DNA of 64,000 nucleotides. Source: Schmidtea nova. Taxonomy: Eukaryota. The translations under genes were made by a program, and so were the position numbers. Positions 10,586 through 22,620 of this stretch are shown here, in pieces. Below the pieces are notes generated by a model. That model had not been told where the DNA came from. It worked only from the letters and a program-made list of their open reading frames with translations, and made no database searches. How positions within the stretch are numbered: position 1 is the stretch's first letter; the number at the start of each line of letters is the position of its first letter. Location of the stretch: contig CM097882.1 of assembly GCA_044892505.1 (NCBI GenBank), positions 348,564,001-348,628,000 on the forward strand. Reading direction: 5' to 3'.

Positions 10586-11238
10586 ATTTTTGCACTTAAA
10601 ATGACCTTAAAATAAACTAATAATATTGCCTCATCGATTATCTAATCAAATAATATTGTGATGTGATCGTGTGTGTAAAATTATTTATGTGGGAGTATCG
10701 CAAAATAAAAATGGGGGTATCGCAAAAAAAATTGGCCCATGATTGGCTATGACTCATAGATGATGTCATTTTCTTTGTTATGGAGTTCACATAACTACCT
10801 ACTACTACCAGAATTTTAAAAAATTTAATAACTAGAAATGAGGGGAAAAGTACCAAGTTTAAACAATTTTTTGAAAAATAATAATTTTTATTTTTTATAA
10901 TTATGAAATAAAAATCTTTAATAATTAGATTCATAACTTTGGTGGGTTATTGGTAAACTTAACTCTGATTCAATAGACTCATTTTTAATAACCCTCATAT
11001 AAACCTTGCAAAACCATAGGTTACCTTTCGCTTAGCAGCGTTGGTGCTGAAACAAACGGGTGAACATTCGCAAAAGGTGAGCACTGTTTCTAGGACTATA
11101 ATTGATCTAATGTTACTTTTGGGTTCAAGGAAGACCGATATAAGGTATGTTTTCTACGTTTTCTACGTCCCATTATTTACTAAAATTACACGTACTTTTA
11201 TTTAATCTTGAGAAAATAAATAAAATTAAGATTATAAT

Positions 11239-12057
11239 TTTTGGGTTATTAGCGAATAGTCGGTTGGTATCTGACTCCGGTGTTCTTTCTTTTACTATAA
11301 TAAATTAAACCAAATACAATAATCATTATTTTCAAATTAAGCAAACACAATTTTTGATTAAACAAAGTTACACAAATGTTCTCTGCACTCTCCTTGCGTT
11401 AGGATAGGTGACCCAAGGGGAAATCTCCCTTTCTGATACGCACGAAAATTTTATAAATCGGCACTCCAACCTTCAGTTCCCGTTTAAGCATCCTATCTTT
11501 CGTTTCTGATTATCACTTCAAATTTTAAATTTTGCTTCGACCAAACTAGCAATATTGGCAAATTGCTCTCAGTTTATATAGTGCCTTTGTCCTTTCATCT
11601 ATTTGATTTGTCAAAACAAAATAATTAAATTGTCTTTGCCACTGCCTAATTTAATTTTGCAGAAACTGGTTTGCGGCTTTTCCCCGGGCATCCTTTACTC
11701 ATCCATTTTATTAGGATAATTAAATGATTTTGTTGATGCCTCGTGTTTTCCATATCTCTCGGGTTTCCCATTAGCTCGGCTTTCCCCACTAAGAAATTAA
11801 TTATTTTAATTAATTTGTATTTTCTTAATAAATATTTTTGGGGCCCCTTTTTAATTTTATATAACCATATTTGAATTCGTCTCATCATTTAGTATCCTCC
11901 CATACCAGTTTCAACCGTTAAATCTTTATTTTTAAATTAAAATTTTAATTAAGGTTTGTACTTTAATTAATACTTTTCCAATTTTGTATTTTTTCATTGG
12001 TTTGGGCATATATTTTGTGCCTTTTAATTTAATTTTCTGTTTTTTACAACCCCAACA
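11239..12057 (-). mobile_element. Solo LTR (TGTTGGG...CCCAACA family)
   Basis: Ends TTTTGGGTT / CCCCAACA; flanks TAAT/CAAT; internal CTCGGGTTTCCCATT motif shared with 45509-46612 and 53212-53900. Confidence 0.6.
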
Positions 12058-13277
12058 CAATCTTTAATCGCAAAATCATTTCTATTTGTGTTCCCTTTAT
12101 CACATCTATGTTTAATGATATATTATGTTACCCTCTATAATCTTTGGCGCGTCCATATCTGTTTAGTAGATAATTTGCTGGGGAAAAACCCTTTATAGTT
12201 TGTTGTTTAATTAACCTATTTGTCCTAGTTATAACTGATTCAGATAATGAATATAATAATCAAGTCAAAATTTTATGGAAACAAACAAATAAAGAAAATT
12301 CATATAATAATATAATTAAATTTAATTAGTGTTACAAAATCATTTCTAACCTACATACAATTATAATCACATGATAAATATTCTTCAATCTATTTTTCAC
12401 ATTGTCAATTCAAATCCTATGAATGTCAGGTCAATATTCGTGTCGGAGTGCTTCTTCTAATTAAGTTTTCCCAACAGTAGTGCTTCTTGGCGACATCGAT
12501 GCTTACTCTCACAACTTTGCTTGGCTTGTACTTCTTCAGCCGATCTGATGCCTGTTTGATTTATGTTAAAGGGTCTATTCTTCCGCACCATCAGTTTCAG
12601 CGCACGGCTCTCCATCGTGTCTTCTTTCGCTTTCCTCTGCAGCATTTGTATCTGCTTCAAACACTTCCCCATCGTTTGGTACTAAACCATGTTGTCTGTA
12701 TAGTTTGGCACCGTTGAATAAACTTGCCAAGACGGTGGTCCAGCGATTTCTTTTCGGCAGCAAATATTTCTAGACTGTCATCAATTCTTATCAGCCATGT
12801 GTTTATCGATTTGATACTCTCTTACATTGATCAAGAAAACAACCAAATAAATATAATTATTGGCACCTGATAACAATTCATAGAAAAAAAAATGACAGTT
12901 TCAAAATTCATTCACATAAAGGATCAAAATTTGACAAAATCTTTCGTAATTCTTATGCACTCCATTCAAAAAAAAAATCAAAATCAAGTCTCAATTCATA
13001 CAAATCATTTATTCATTGGGTCATTCATTCCACAAAATTCTTAAAAACGCTGATTGATATTTCAAATTTTTATAAATTCAAGTGTTCTTCCTCTTTTTAA
13101 TTGCTAAACTTTTATTCCATTTATCTTTACTATTAGTTAAATTTGAAACGATAATCTAGCTGTAAAATTATTATTAGAGTTCCTGTTACCTCTGCGATAA
13201 ATGTTTTCTGGTAGTGAATGTGAGTTGTTAAGAAGTTTTTAATTTTAATTGAACTTTAATAATCTGGCAATTATTGG

Positions 13278-13789
13278 TGTAGTGCCTTAGATTATAAATT
13301 TTATTTTTAATTAATTAATTGATTAAATAATTATTGAATAGAAAATTTAAATAGCTTTGTTTTAATATTTACTGTTTTAGTACATTTTTCAAATAAATAT
13401 AATATGGTCCAACAAGAACTAATGCAATTTCTTCCAATCAACATGAATCAATTTTCCCAATATCAGCAATCAATGTTGTCGCCAAACATTGTCATAATGC
13501 CGGTAATGAATCCATCAGAAACCACTCAAACTGCTGCGTCACAATCTAATCAAATGTTGGCTCGAACCGATCAATCTAACAATCCAATTTCATATATCGT
13601 TGGGCCACCCGCATTTTTCAGTATGCCAAGTAGTGGATCAAACCAAACAAACTGCACAACAACGAGTCATGATGCTGGATCTATAATCAATAAAAATCAA
13701 TGGCCTAGACTGTCAAATATGCCCTCGATGGTAATGCTGAATATATTTTATGTCTATCCGGCTTTTATCAAATTAATTGTTTTTCTACA
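13278..13789 (+). repeat. 5' LTR (512 bp) containing the start of an ORF at 13404
   Basis: Direct repeat of 18174-18686 with TG...CA ends. Confidence 0.95.
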
Positions 13790-13791
13790 AA

Positions 13792-13805
13792 TGGTGTCAG
13801 AAGTG
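13792..13805 (+). promoter_or_regulatory. tRNA-Leu primer-binding site
   Basis: TGGTGTCAGAAGTG, 2 nt after the LTR, complementary to the known 3' end of eukaryotic tRNA-Leu (...CACTTCTGACACCA). Confidence 0.9.
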
Positions 13806-14033
13806 ACAAACGTAAGTTTCATACCTTTCTTATGTAAATGCTTAACTTTGTCATTTATATCTTTCATTCATAAAATATTTATTATGTTCTTTTGCAATTG
13901 TATTGAAATTTTTAAAAGCAATTTTCTTTTTCTAATATTTAAAATTACTACAGCAGTTTCGCCTACCTTTTCAGATTTCATTTACCTCCAAAACAACACC
14001 CTCAAAAATTTGAATTCGCCAAGCCCATCTTCA

Positions 14034-14246
14034 ATGGCAAACAAAAAAATTAACTTCACTGTACGCCACAACAACATTTTACATACAGTAAAAATTACCC
14101 TGACAAATTTCTTTAGGGACATAAAACATTTTCTTTCAAAAGAAAACAACGATTTCCATATATCAAATAACGGAATTCCTATCACAGATCCTCTTTCGGT
14201 TCCATTAAATTCAATAATCACACTCTTTGTACGGGCAAGAGGCGGT
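14034..14246 (+). CDS. Ubiquitin-like domain (71 aa, C-terminal RARGG) fused in frame to Gag
   Basis: MANKKINFTVRHNNILHTVKITLTNFFRDIKHFLSKENNDFHISNNGIPITDPLSVPLNSIITLFVRARGG aligns with the ubiquitin fold: IK (V26-K27), G47, D52 and SIITLFVRARGG vs STLHLVLRLRGG. Confidence 0.8.
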
Positions 14247-15100
14247 TCCAGAACAAACAATGTCCATAACCCTTCCACAGCCATAGGCCGCACTCAACTG
14301 ATTTTCTTAGATGCCGACGGCACCCCATCATCTTGGTTCCGAACTTTTGAGGCACGCATAAAAGCCATCCCCAAATCCAGGCAAGATTTTCTCTTAGATG
14401 CAATACCCGACGAGTTAATGTCAGAATAAGGCTCACAAATAGCTGACGCGTTAGACTCATAAACCCCATACGAATCAATCAAGGGGGTCATATTAAAAAA
14501 TAATTACCCACGCGCACTTCAGCGATCGAAAAATTATCAAAACCCACCCCAAACGCCGACCAAGCCCCATCATCCTTTTTCCAACAACTAGTACGTGAAC
14601 TCGAGGAAGCCCATGTCGGTCTATCAAAAAACACTGCTGTCCAATGTCATCATTTTTTAACAGCTCTCCCACATCACGTACAGTCCGCTCTTCTCGTCGT
14701 CGATTCCGATGATCCATTTCATCTAGCAAAAATCGCTGATAAGTTGGTCACACTACCACCTGTCCGAAACGTACCAACTACCATCGCATCAGTTTCCGAC
14801 CCTTCAATACAGGAACAGATATCTTCTTTGACAAAAACTGTTGATGCGATACTCAAATCATCTCAACCAAATGCACGCCTCCAAAAAACGACAAGTCGAA
14901 TTCTTTACCTCTTCTGACTTGTTTTTTTCACAAGAAATTTTCTTCCGAAGCCAGAACATGTCATATCGGATGTTCATGGCCAAACCCCCTTCCACTTTGA
15001 GAATAATTCCTATTTGCATTTATCACAACATTTTCGGTTTACACTCACAAAAATGCCTTGTAGGTTGCCCTTTTGTAAGCCGTCTCTCAAATAAATCGCA
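14247..15100 (+). pseudogene. gag: Gag capsid/nucleocapsid, disrupted by stops and frameshifts
   Basis: PSSWFRTFEARI..LDAIPDELMSE*..TPYESIKGVIL; APSSFFQQL..FLTALPHHVQSAL..LAKIADKL; knuckle CIYHNIFGLHSQKCLVGC. Confidence 0.9.
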
Positions 15101-18085
15101 TGACAAAAATTATTCCAATTCTACACAAAATCCTAGCTCCGCTGTCTGTCAACCCTGAATTTTCAGGCGGGGTCCTTGCAATCAACAATATCTTCACTGT
15201 TGAAGCAAACTTTGATTCCAGCTCATCTATTCATTTTCTCGTCGATTCTGGCTCGTCATTTTTAATCCTTCCAACAACTTTCACACCAGATTTCAAATCT
15301 CTGTTCATTGTCTTAGCCGCCAACAGCACACCTATTCAATTTTTGGGAACAAAAAAACTTCCATTCAAAATACCAACATTAGACTCAACTTTCACTTACA
15401 TTTTCCACATAGTAGACACGATCCACCCAATACTAGGCTCTGATTTCTTATGCAAACAATCCATCATGGTATATTGCAAAAACCGCAAGTTGTTCACTCT
15501 AAAACAAGACATTGAATATACATCAAAAATTCATCGTTGAATGTAGCATCAGTCTCTACCCAGACATCTCCACTGACACAACTAAACTCGATTCAACAGA
15601 TTTCCACGACGTAAAGCACTCAAAACACATTGGACATCGACCAATCAGCCAATCCAGATATAATGCACGACATAATCTAATTAATTACTGACAAATATCC
15701 AAATATCATCACTAAACCAGCTATCATACCACCCACTACCCTGTCGACCCACTATATTTACACATTGCCATGCATACCACAACACAATCGAGCCAGACCT
15801 CTCTCTTCCACCAAATTCAAAGCAGTCAAAGCCGAATTCGTTATTCTAGAAAACGCAGGCATTATACGTCGTTCATCTTCACTATGGGCTTCACCAATAC
15901 ACGTAGTCACAAAGAAAGATGGATCATTTAAACAACGCGGAGATTATTGACAACTCAATCAAGTAACAGTGCACGACGCATACCCAATGCCACTCATCAA
16001 AGATGTAATAATACGCTTTTCTCAATCTACCGTGTTCTGAACTATAGACCTTTCGAAAGCATACCACCAATTTCCCATCCATATCGACGACGTCCCCAAA
16101 ACTGCCGTCATTACACCATTTGGGAATTTTGCATACATGTTCATGTCTTTTGGTCTCAGAAATGCAGCTCAGTCCTTACAACATTTCATGGATACAATTT
16201 TTCGTGACGTTCTTCACACTTTCGCATACCTCGATGATATCATCATTGCGTCACCTGATCGAGGTAGCCACGTGGATGACTTACACACGGTCCTTGACAT
16301 ATTGAACCACTACAATTTACAGATAAATGTGAATAAATGTATTTTTTTTCAAGAACGCGTCAGATTCCTCGGTCATATACTTTCATCTACTGGTTGTGAA
16401 CCTCTACCCGAAAGACTCAACCTAATCCGCAGCTTTCCTTTGCCAACCACCGTGACACAATTACGTAGCTTCTTAGGCATCGTCAACTTCTGCCATAGAT
16501 TCATTAAAAACGCATCTCACATAACGGCACCTCTTTCAACACTGAACACAGGAAAAAAGAATTCTGTTATCAATGGGTCCGACACAACACGTGACTCATT
16601 CAACAAAGTCAAAGACGCTCTAGCCAAGATAAACACTCTTCACTAACCGCGTCACGACCTCCCATTCACTCTGACAACTGATGCATCCAATATTGCTGCA
16701 GACGCAGTTCTTCGCCAAATAAAGGACGGTATCTCACTGCCAATTGAATTTTTTTCGAGGAAATTCTCATTGGCAGAGTCAAAGTACAGTGCATTCGACA
16801 GAGAATTAATTGCTATTTTTAGCAGTCAAACATTTAAGTCACATTTTAGAAGGAAAACAATTCACAATCTTCACCGCCCACAAACCTCTCATCCACTGCC
16901 TCACCATGAAAGACCCATCGAACAGAGTACATCGTCAGATAACATACCTATCAACTTTCAACATTAAGTTCATTCAATTTCCAGGAATTAAGTCCACATA
17001 ACACCTCATACGACAAAAAGTAACCTAATTCTCATTATTCAAAGACATGAAACAGTGGGTATCGGAATGTACAGGCTGCCAAAAACACAAAACGAACAAA
17101 CATACTAAACCACCAATCACACCATACCCGACTGGTTCAAGATTCGACATACTCCACATCGACTTAGTAGGCAAACTTCCCGCCGACGACGGATTCTGCT
17201 ACATCATGACAATGATTGATAGGAAAACACGGTGGTTCGAATCCGTCCCAATTTCCGACATCACTGCAAAAACGGTCGCACACGCTTTAATATCCACCTG
17301 GTTTTCACGTTATGGAATTCCACCCGCCATAATCACAGTCCAAGGAACACAATTCGAATCAGATCTTTTCGAACATTTGACCACCAGCCTCGGCATCAAA
17401 CATTTACGAACGAGCTCATATCACCAACAAACAAACGGTCTCGTAGAACGCGCCCACCGTACTTTAAAGTCATCCCTCAGAATACTCTCAACGACAACTT
17501 CATGGACCAAAGTATTACCATTCGTCTTGCTTGGTTGGCACAACACACCAAACCGCTCAAGTGGCGTGTCACCTTTACAACTTTGGTTCAGTTCAAACAC
17601 CTTCATGCCCAACAAACTCATAGACCTCCAAAATGAATCACTACTAGAGAAGATCAACCTCACCCGCAAACATTTTCTGAGTCTTGATACAAACCCATCT
17701 TTCACATACTCAACTTCATACAAACCGTTTAAACCACAATCACTTTCCTCCGCCACCCACGCATGGATGAAGACAATTGACTCATCAAACTTCAAACATA
17801 AATACAAAGGCCGTTTTCGCATTATCGAACTATACAAAAAACATGGCGAAACTAGAAATAGATAACAACCACGTTATGGTCAATCTATCACGATTAAAAC
17901 CATCCTTTTGCACCCTTGAGTATGATGAACCACCAAATTATCACATCACAAAAGAAGATCTTATAGAGGAAGACATTCTAGAAGACACGGAACAACTGAT
18001 GACTCTTACAAACACGCCCGATTCCTTACGTCCTCATAAAAACCCACCATTCTTTTCAAGACGAACACGCAAACTCCCTCAATAA
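15100..18085 (+). pseudogene. pol: Pol (protease, RT, RNase H, integrase), with stops, frameshifts and a deletion at the RH/IN junction
   Basis: FLVDSGSS (PR); WASPIHVVTKKDGS, DLSKAYHQ, FGLRNAA, YLDDIII (RT); TDAS, YSAFDRELIA (RH); HIDLVG, NGLVERAHRTLK, KYKGRFRII (IN). Confidence 0.96.
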
Positions 18086-18173
18086 CTCTCCGATTATGGC
18101 CTTCAGTGACTTACTCAACACCAAAGCCCCCTTTGTAGCTCAGAGACGCTCCGCGTACTTCGGCGGGGGCTAA

Positions 18174-18686
18174 TGTAGTGCCTTAGATTATAAATTTCTC
18201 TTTTTTAATTAATTAACTTATTAAATAATTATTGAATGAAAGATTTAAATAGCTTTGTTTTAATATTTACATTTTTTGCACCTTTTTCAAATAAATCCAA
18301 TATGGTCCAACAAGAACTAATGCAATTTCTTCCAATCAACATGAATCAATTTTCCCAATATCAGCAATCAATGATGTTGCCAAATATTGTCATAATGCCG
18401 TTAATGAATCCATCAGAAACCACTCAAACTCCTGCGTCACAATCTAATCAAATGTTGGCTCGAACCGATCAATCTAACAATCCAATTTCATATCTCGTTG
18501 GACCACACGAATTTTCAGCATGCCAAGTAGTGGATCAAACCAAACAAACTGCACAACAACGAGTCATGATGCTGGATCTATAATCAAAAAAAATCAACGG
18601 CCTAGACTGTCAATTATGCCCTCGATGTTAATGCTGAATATATTTTATGTCTATCCGGCTTTTATCAAATTAATTGTTTTTCTACA
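18174..18686 (+). repeat. 3' LTR (513 bp)
   Basis: Direct repeat of the 5' LTR; the embedded ORF is frameshifted here. Confidence 0.95.
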
Positions 18687-18759
18687 AATGGGTTTACAAG
18701 TCTAAGTTTTAGAGACTAATAGTTTGGAATAAAAAATAAAAACTTAGAAATTTTAAAAT

Positions 18760-20340
18760 TTCAAATAATTTGATTGCATCTTGTGGAATTGAAGATTTGT
18801 TGAGAATCATGGCTATTGTTAATATAAGAACTGTTGATGACATGGATTTTGAAGAAATTAATCAAGAAATCCTGAAATATTTAAAGTCTCAGAAGAAACT
18901 TATTATTTCTGAACGCACTCATTTCTATGTTCAGTAACAAAAATGTGGAAAAATTATTACGAAATTCGTAGTTCGTCCGAACACTGCTAAAGATTGTGAT
19001 TTTGATTGTTCAAAGAAATGCAATTCGTCTCAAAGGAACTGATTAACATGGAGATGATTGCAGGTGTGTATGAAGATAATTTTAAAACAAAACTTTTAAA
19101 ACAATTGCAATCCAATGAAATGAATATCCAACAATTGATCGAGTTTGTACAATGATCAGAACATGTATCAACTTTCACATCACTAAATATCAGTGATAAT
19201 GAATCAGATTATTAATTATAACGATAAGAAAATTGATAAACCGAAAGAAGCCATTTCAACAATTCCAAAAATTTCTTACGGCAAATAATTTGATTTCAGC
19301 ACAGAAAGTCTGTAAAAAGCTTAGACTCAGTAATTTTCTTTCGACAAACAATATCTTTTAAAGGCATTGGAATGGATATGCAATTATTCGACAAGATATT
19401 AGAGATTCTAGTTCCAAAAAGATATCTAAAGATTCATAAGTTTAATTAAGTTTTATATTACAAAAATCAAGGGAATTGCCAAAATTATTTTTTATTGCAC
19501 CTATCATTCAGCTTAAAAATGGAATTCATTTTAGATGGAGTCATGGACAACAAGAGTCTTTTAACAAACTTAAAACAAAATTTAAAGTAATTGCATAGTA
19601 AAACGATATTCATTAGAAAAAGAAATAATATTGGTATGTGATGCATCTAAAAATGCAATTTGGGTACCACTGCCACAAGAAGATTATCCGGTGATGTATT
19701 TATCGATAACTTGCCAAGCAATGAACAAAATTATGCAATAATAGAGCAGGAAGTGATGGAGATTATTGAGGCCACCAAAGGAGTGGAAAAATTTCTCATA
19801 GTTAGCATTTTGGTATGTTAACAACCAAGTTATTATTGAAATACAATATATATTGACCTGGAATGGATGAAGATGTTGATAAATTTGTCAGAAATTGTAG
19901 AGAATGTAAAGGATAACTTAAAGCTAACATTGAAGATGTCTAAGAAGCCGTTTGGACGAATTCACTTGGACTGGGTAAGTCTGTCCAGCATTGGAAATGT
20001 TTTTATATCATTAGATGCAATGACGAGTTCACCTGAAGCGATTATTTGCAAAGATCGATCTACAATTACTGTAATTGAGTTGCACGACTTGCTCATCTAG
20101 ATCAATTGGATGAGGACATGGACACAGAAAATATTTAGAAAGAAACCAATTCTCAGAGAACTTTAGAGATTGAAACTGAAGAAACAAATGATGATCAAGA
20201 AAATTCAGCATCATTATTTGGTAGAAAGCATTACTGACGCCATTGGTGACCCCCATCCTGATCAATCAACTATGACTTCGGGAAATAAAATTATTTCTCT
20301 GAGAGAGCATGTCGTATTATTATTAATTTGTTTTTGTTTT
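18760..20340 (+). mobile_element. Degenerate Gypsy remnant (gag, RH and IN fragments)
   Basis: LIASCGIEDLL..MDFEEINQEILKYLKSQKKLIISERTHF (gag); LVCDASKNAI, EQNYAIIEQE (RH); KPFGRIHLDW..SLDAMTSSPEAI (IN). Confidence 0.7.
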
Positions 20341-21359
20341 AAAAATAAACTTATGGAAACGTGATCTTTTAAATATTATTAATTAAAAGAGAATTACAAT
20401 AATTTTCAAAATATATTTAACTAGGAAAAAGGTATTGCAGTGCCTCCGTCATATTCATATTATAAATATTTATATATATAAAGTAAAGTAAATTAAATTA
20501 AATATAATATCATAATATATATATATATAAGATAAAATCATATATAAAGAATTATAAAAAGTTTTTGTTTAAATCACGAAAAACGGCTCTCTTTTTGGAA
20601 ACGGAATATCAAGCAAGAAAAGAAAATCCTGTAAACGGCAACATCAATTTCTGAAGAACGATAATTCAAGCAACGACTTCCAACAAACACCACATCAATT
20701 TCTGAAGCACAATTATTCAAAGAAGCAACCACTATTGAATCGAATAAATGTTCAATTATTTTCTAGTTTTATTTTGTCTTGTTTCAGTAGCTAAAGGTAT
20801 GTTAACAGATTATTTTTATAAAGACGATCTTCTATACTAATTTATCTAAGGCATTTTTCAAGGCGTGTAAAACAATATTTTTTCTATTATCATGAAAAAT
20901 GTAACATTTGTTCCGTTTTAATTCATTTTCTAAAAAAGAAATTTTTAAACTTTCCCAATGTAATCGATTAACAAGTTGTTGGCATAATTCTGAAAGGATA
21001 ATATTTTCCTTTGCCATTAAAATATGTTATTTATAAATGATATTCCCTTTAAATTTGAGTAATAAACATATACAATTTTCAAATTAAAATGATTACAAAT
21101 AGTTTTTAAAATTTACAACCGCAATGAAGTTTTTACAAAGAAAAGTATTTAATGTTTATTTTTAAATTAGAATTCAACTGAGTAAGGTTCAAATCTAGTA
21201 TAAATTTGTAGTTGAAGCCGAATCAATTTGTCTTAGGCAAAATAATAAAAAAAAACCAGAAATGTAACACATAATGGATAACAAAATTGACATATTTATA
21301 TTTATACATATTTATATTATTACATAAACTTAAAAAAAAATTTAAATAATAAAAGGTAA

Positions 21360-21780
21360 TTTATGATAAATGTATTTTTCTTGTTTTCAAAGAAGCACAT
21401 TTTTCTACATTTATATTGACGTCTAATTTATCGCAATTTTCAATTGAAATTATTTCAAGTCCAACCAATATTCGTTGAGAAATAGTTTATCTCAAGTAAG
21501 ACTAAATTAAATTTAGTTTAGAAAAAATTTGTTCGCCATTTGCAACTGACACTGGGAAGGTGAGTGGAATTCTAAATGTACCCGTTAAATTTATTAAAAC
21601 CTTTTCCAAATTATTACTGTATATGAATTGAATTATGTTCAATGGCTCTAAATTATCATCTTTCGAACGGATGACTTTTAAATTATTGATTTAATTAACT
21701 AATTCTATTCCACTAATATCTTTTTCTTCACCGTCAGAGAGAAATACTTCAAGATAAATTTTATTTTCTTAATGTTTCAT
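21360..21780 (-). mobile_element. hAT transposase C-terminal (dimerization domain) remnant
   Basis: PLNIIQFIYSNNLEKV..LTFPVSVANGEQIFSKLNLI and LEIISIENCDKLDVNINVEKCASLKTRKI. Confidence 0.75.
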
Positions 21781-21799
21781 TCATGTCATAAATATCTGT

Positions 21800-22620
21800 A
21801 AATTCAGACAAATTCACCAACAACTATATTAATCTCACAGTTGAAGTGGTTACTATATCTTTGTGATTCTTCACACTGAAGCCGATACATCCTAAGTTTA
21901 AATAGATCCAGTCCCGTTTGACCAATGTAGCTGGGTCTCTATAAACACACAGAATCCATATTAAGTAAGACATAAATTATATCATCATCAATTTCATAGG
22001 TTTTGTGAAAAGTAGGATAAGAAGTAAATTTAATAAGTTTTGACGCTGAATTATAAAGTCTCAAATTTAATTTCTTTTTAAGATTCTCTACAGTAAAACC
22101 GTAGAAACTATTATTTAAAAGTTTATTGTAATTCTTTAACAAAGCCGTAGTTAAAGCCTCTTTAAGCTATGTATAGGTATCAGTAAACTTTTCTAAAAAT
22201 AGCTTTCTGCTTATATTGAATTGCTTGATGAACCGTGTTATTTAAAAACCTAATGAAACAAAAAGCGTGAGAAGCCTCCAATGAAGAATATATTTCAACT
22301 TGGGATAAGACGTGAGCCCCAGCTTATCAAATGTTGAAGCCAGAGCACACACATTTTCTGCTGAAACGGGGAAATCATTAAATTTGTCGTGAATATTTAA
22401 GTTATTTCAAGATCCACTTCAAAAGTAACTCCATAAGTTAAAATTAATTAATTAAATTTAAACTTATCAGTAATACTCTAATTTCCCATAAGGTATTTTT
22501 TGGCTTAAAACCCATCCATATAAATTATTTATATCAATAGTAGTTGACTCATTTATCAGATCAGGCTTGAGTCAGACTATAAGACGATACGTCATGCTCT
22601 TTGTTATGACTCATGAACTT
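21800..22620 (-). mobile_element. Polinton/Maverick-type protein-primed PolB remnant
   Basis: KLLNNSFYGFTVENLKKKLNLRL..KLIKFTSYPTF; upstream FPVSAE-like and YILHWRLL segments. Confidence 0.8.

Larger units (their letters stand above)
13278..18686 (+). mobile_element. Gypsy/Ty3 LTR retrotransposon (CsRn1-like), near full length but inactivated, with a UBL-Gag fusion
   Basis: LTRs 13278-13789 and 18174-18686 (TGTAG...CTACA); PBS TGGTGTCAGAAGTG at 13792; PPT GGCGGGGG before 18174; flanks ATTGG/AATGG; gag-PR-RT-RH-IN order. Confidence 0.97.

Noticed and set aside
12457-12850. GC-richer coding-like segment on the minus strand
   Set aside because: Multiple stops and no recognisable motif; probably a retroelement remnant but unassignable
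17232-17837. Alternative-frame and antisense ORFs over the integrase (similar ones overlap the mariners and PolB)
   Set aside because: Shadow ORFs of real coding sequence
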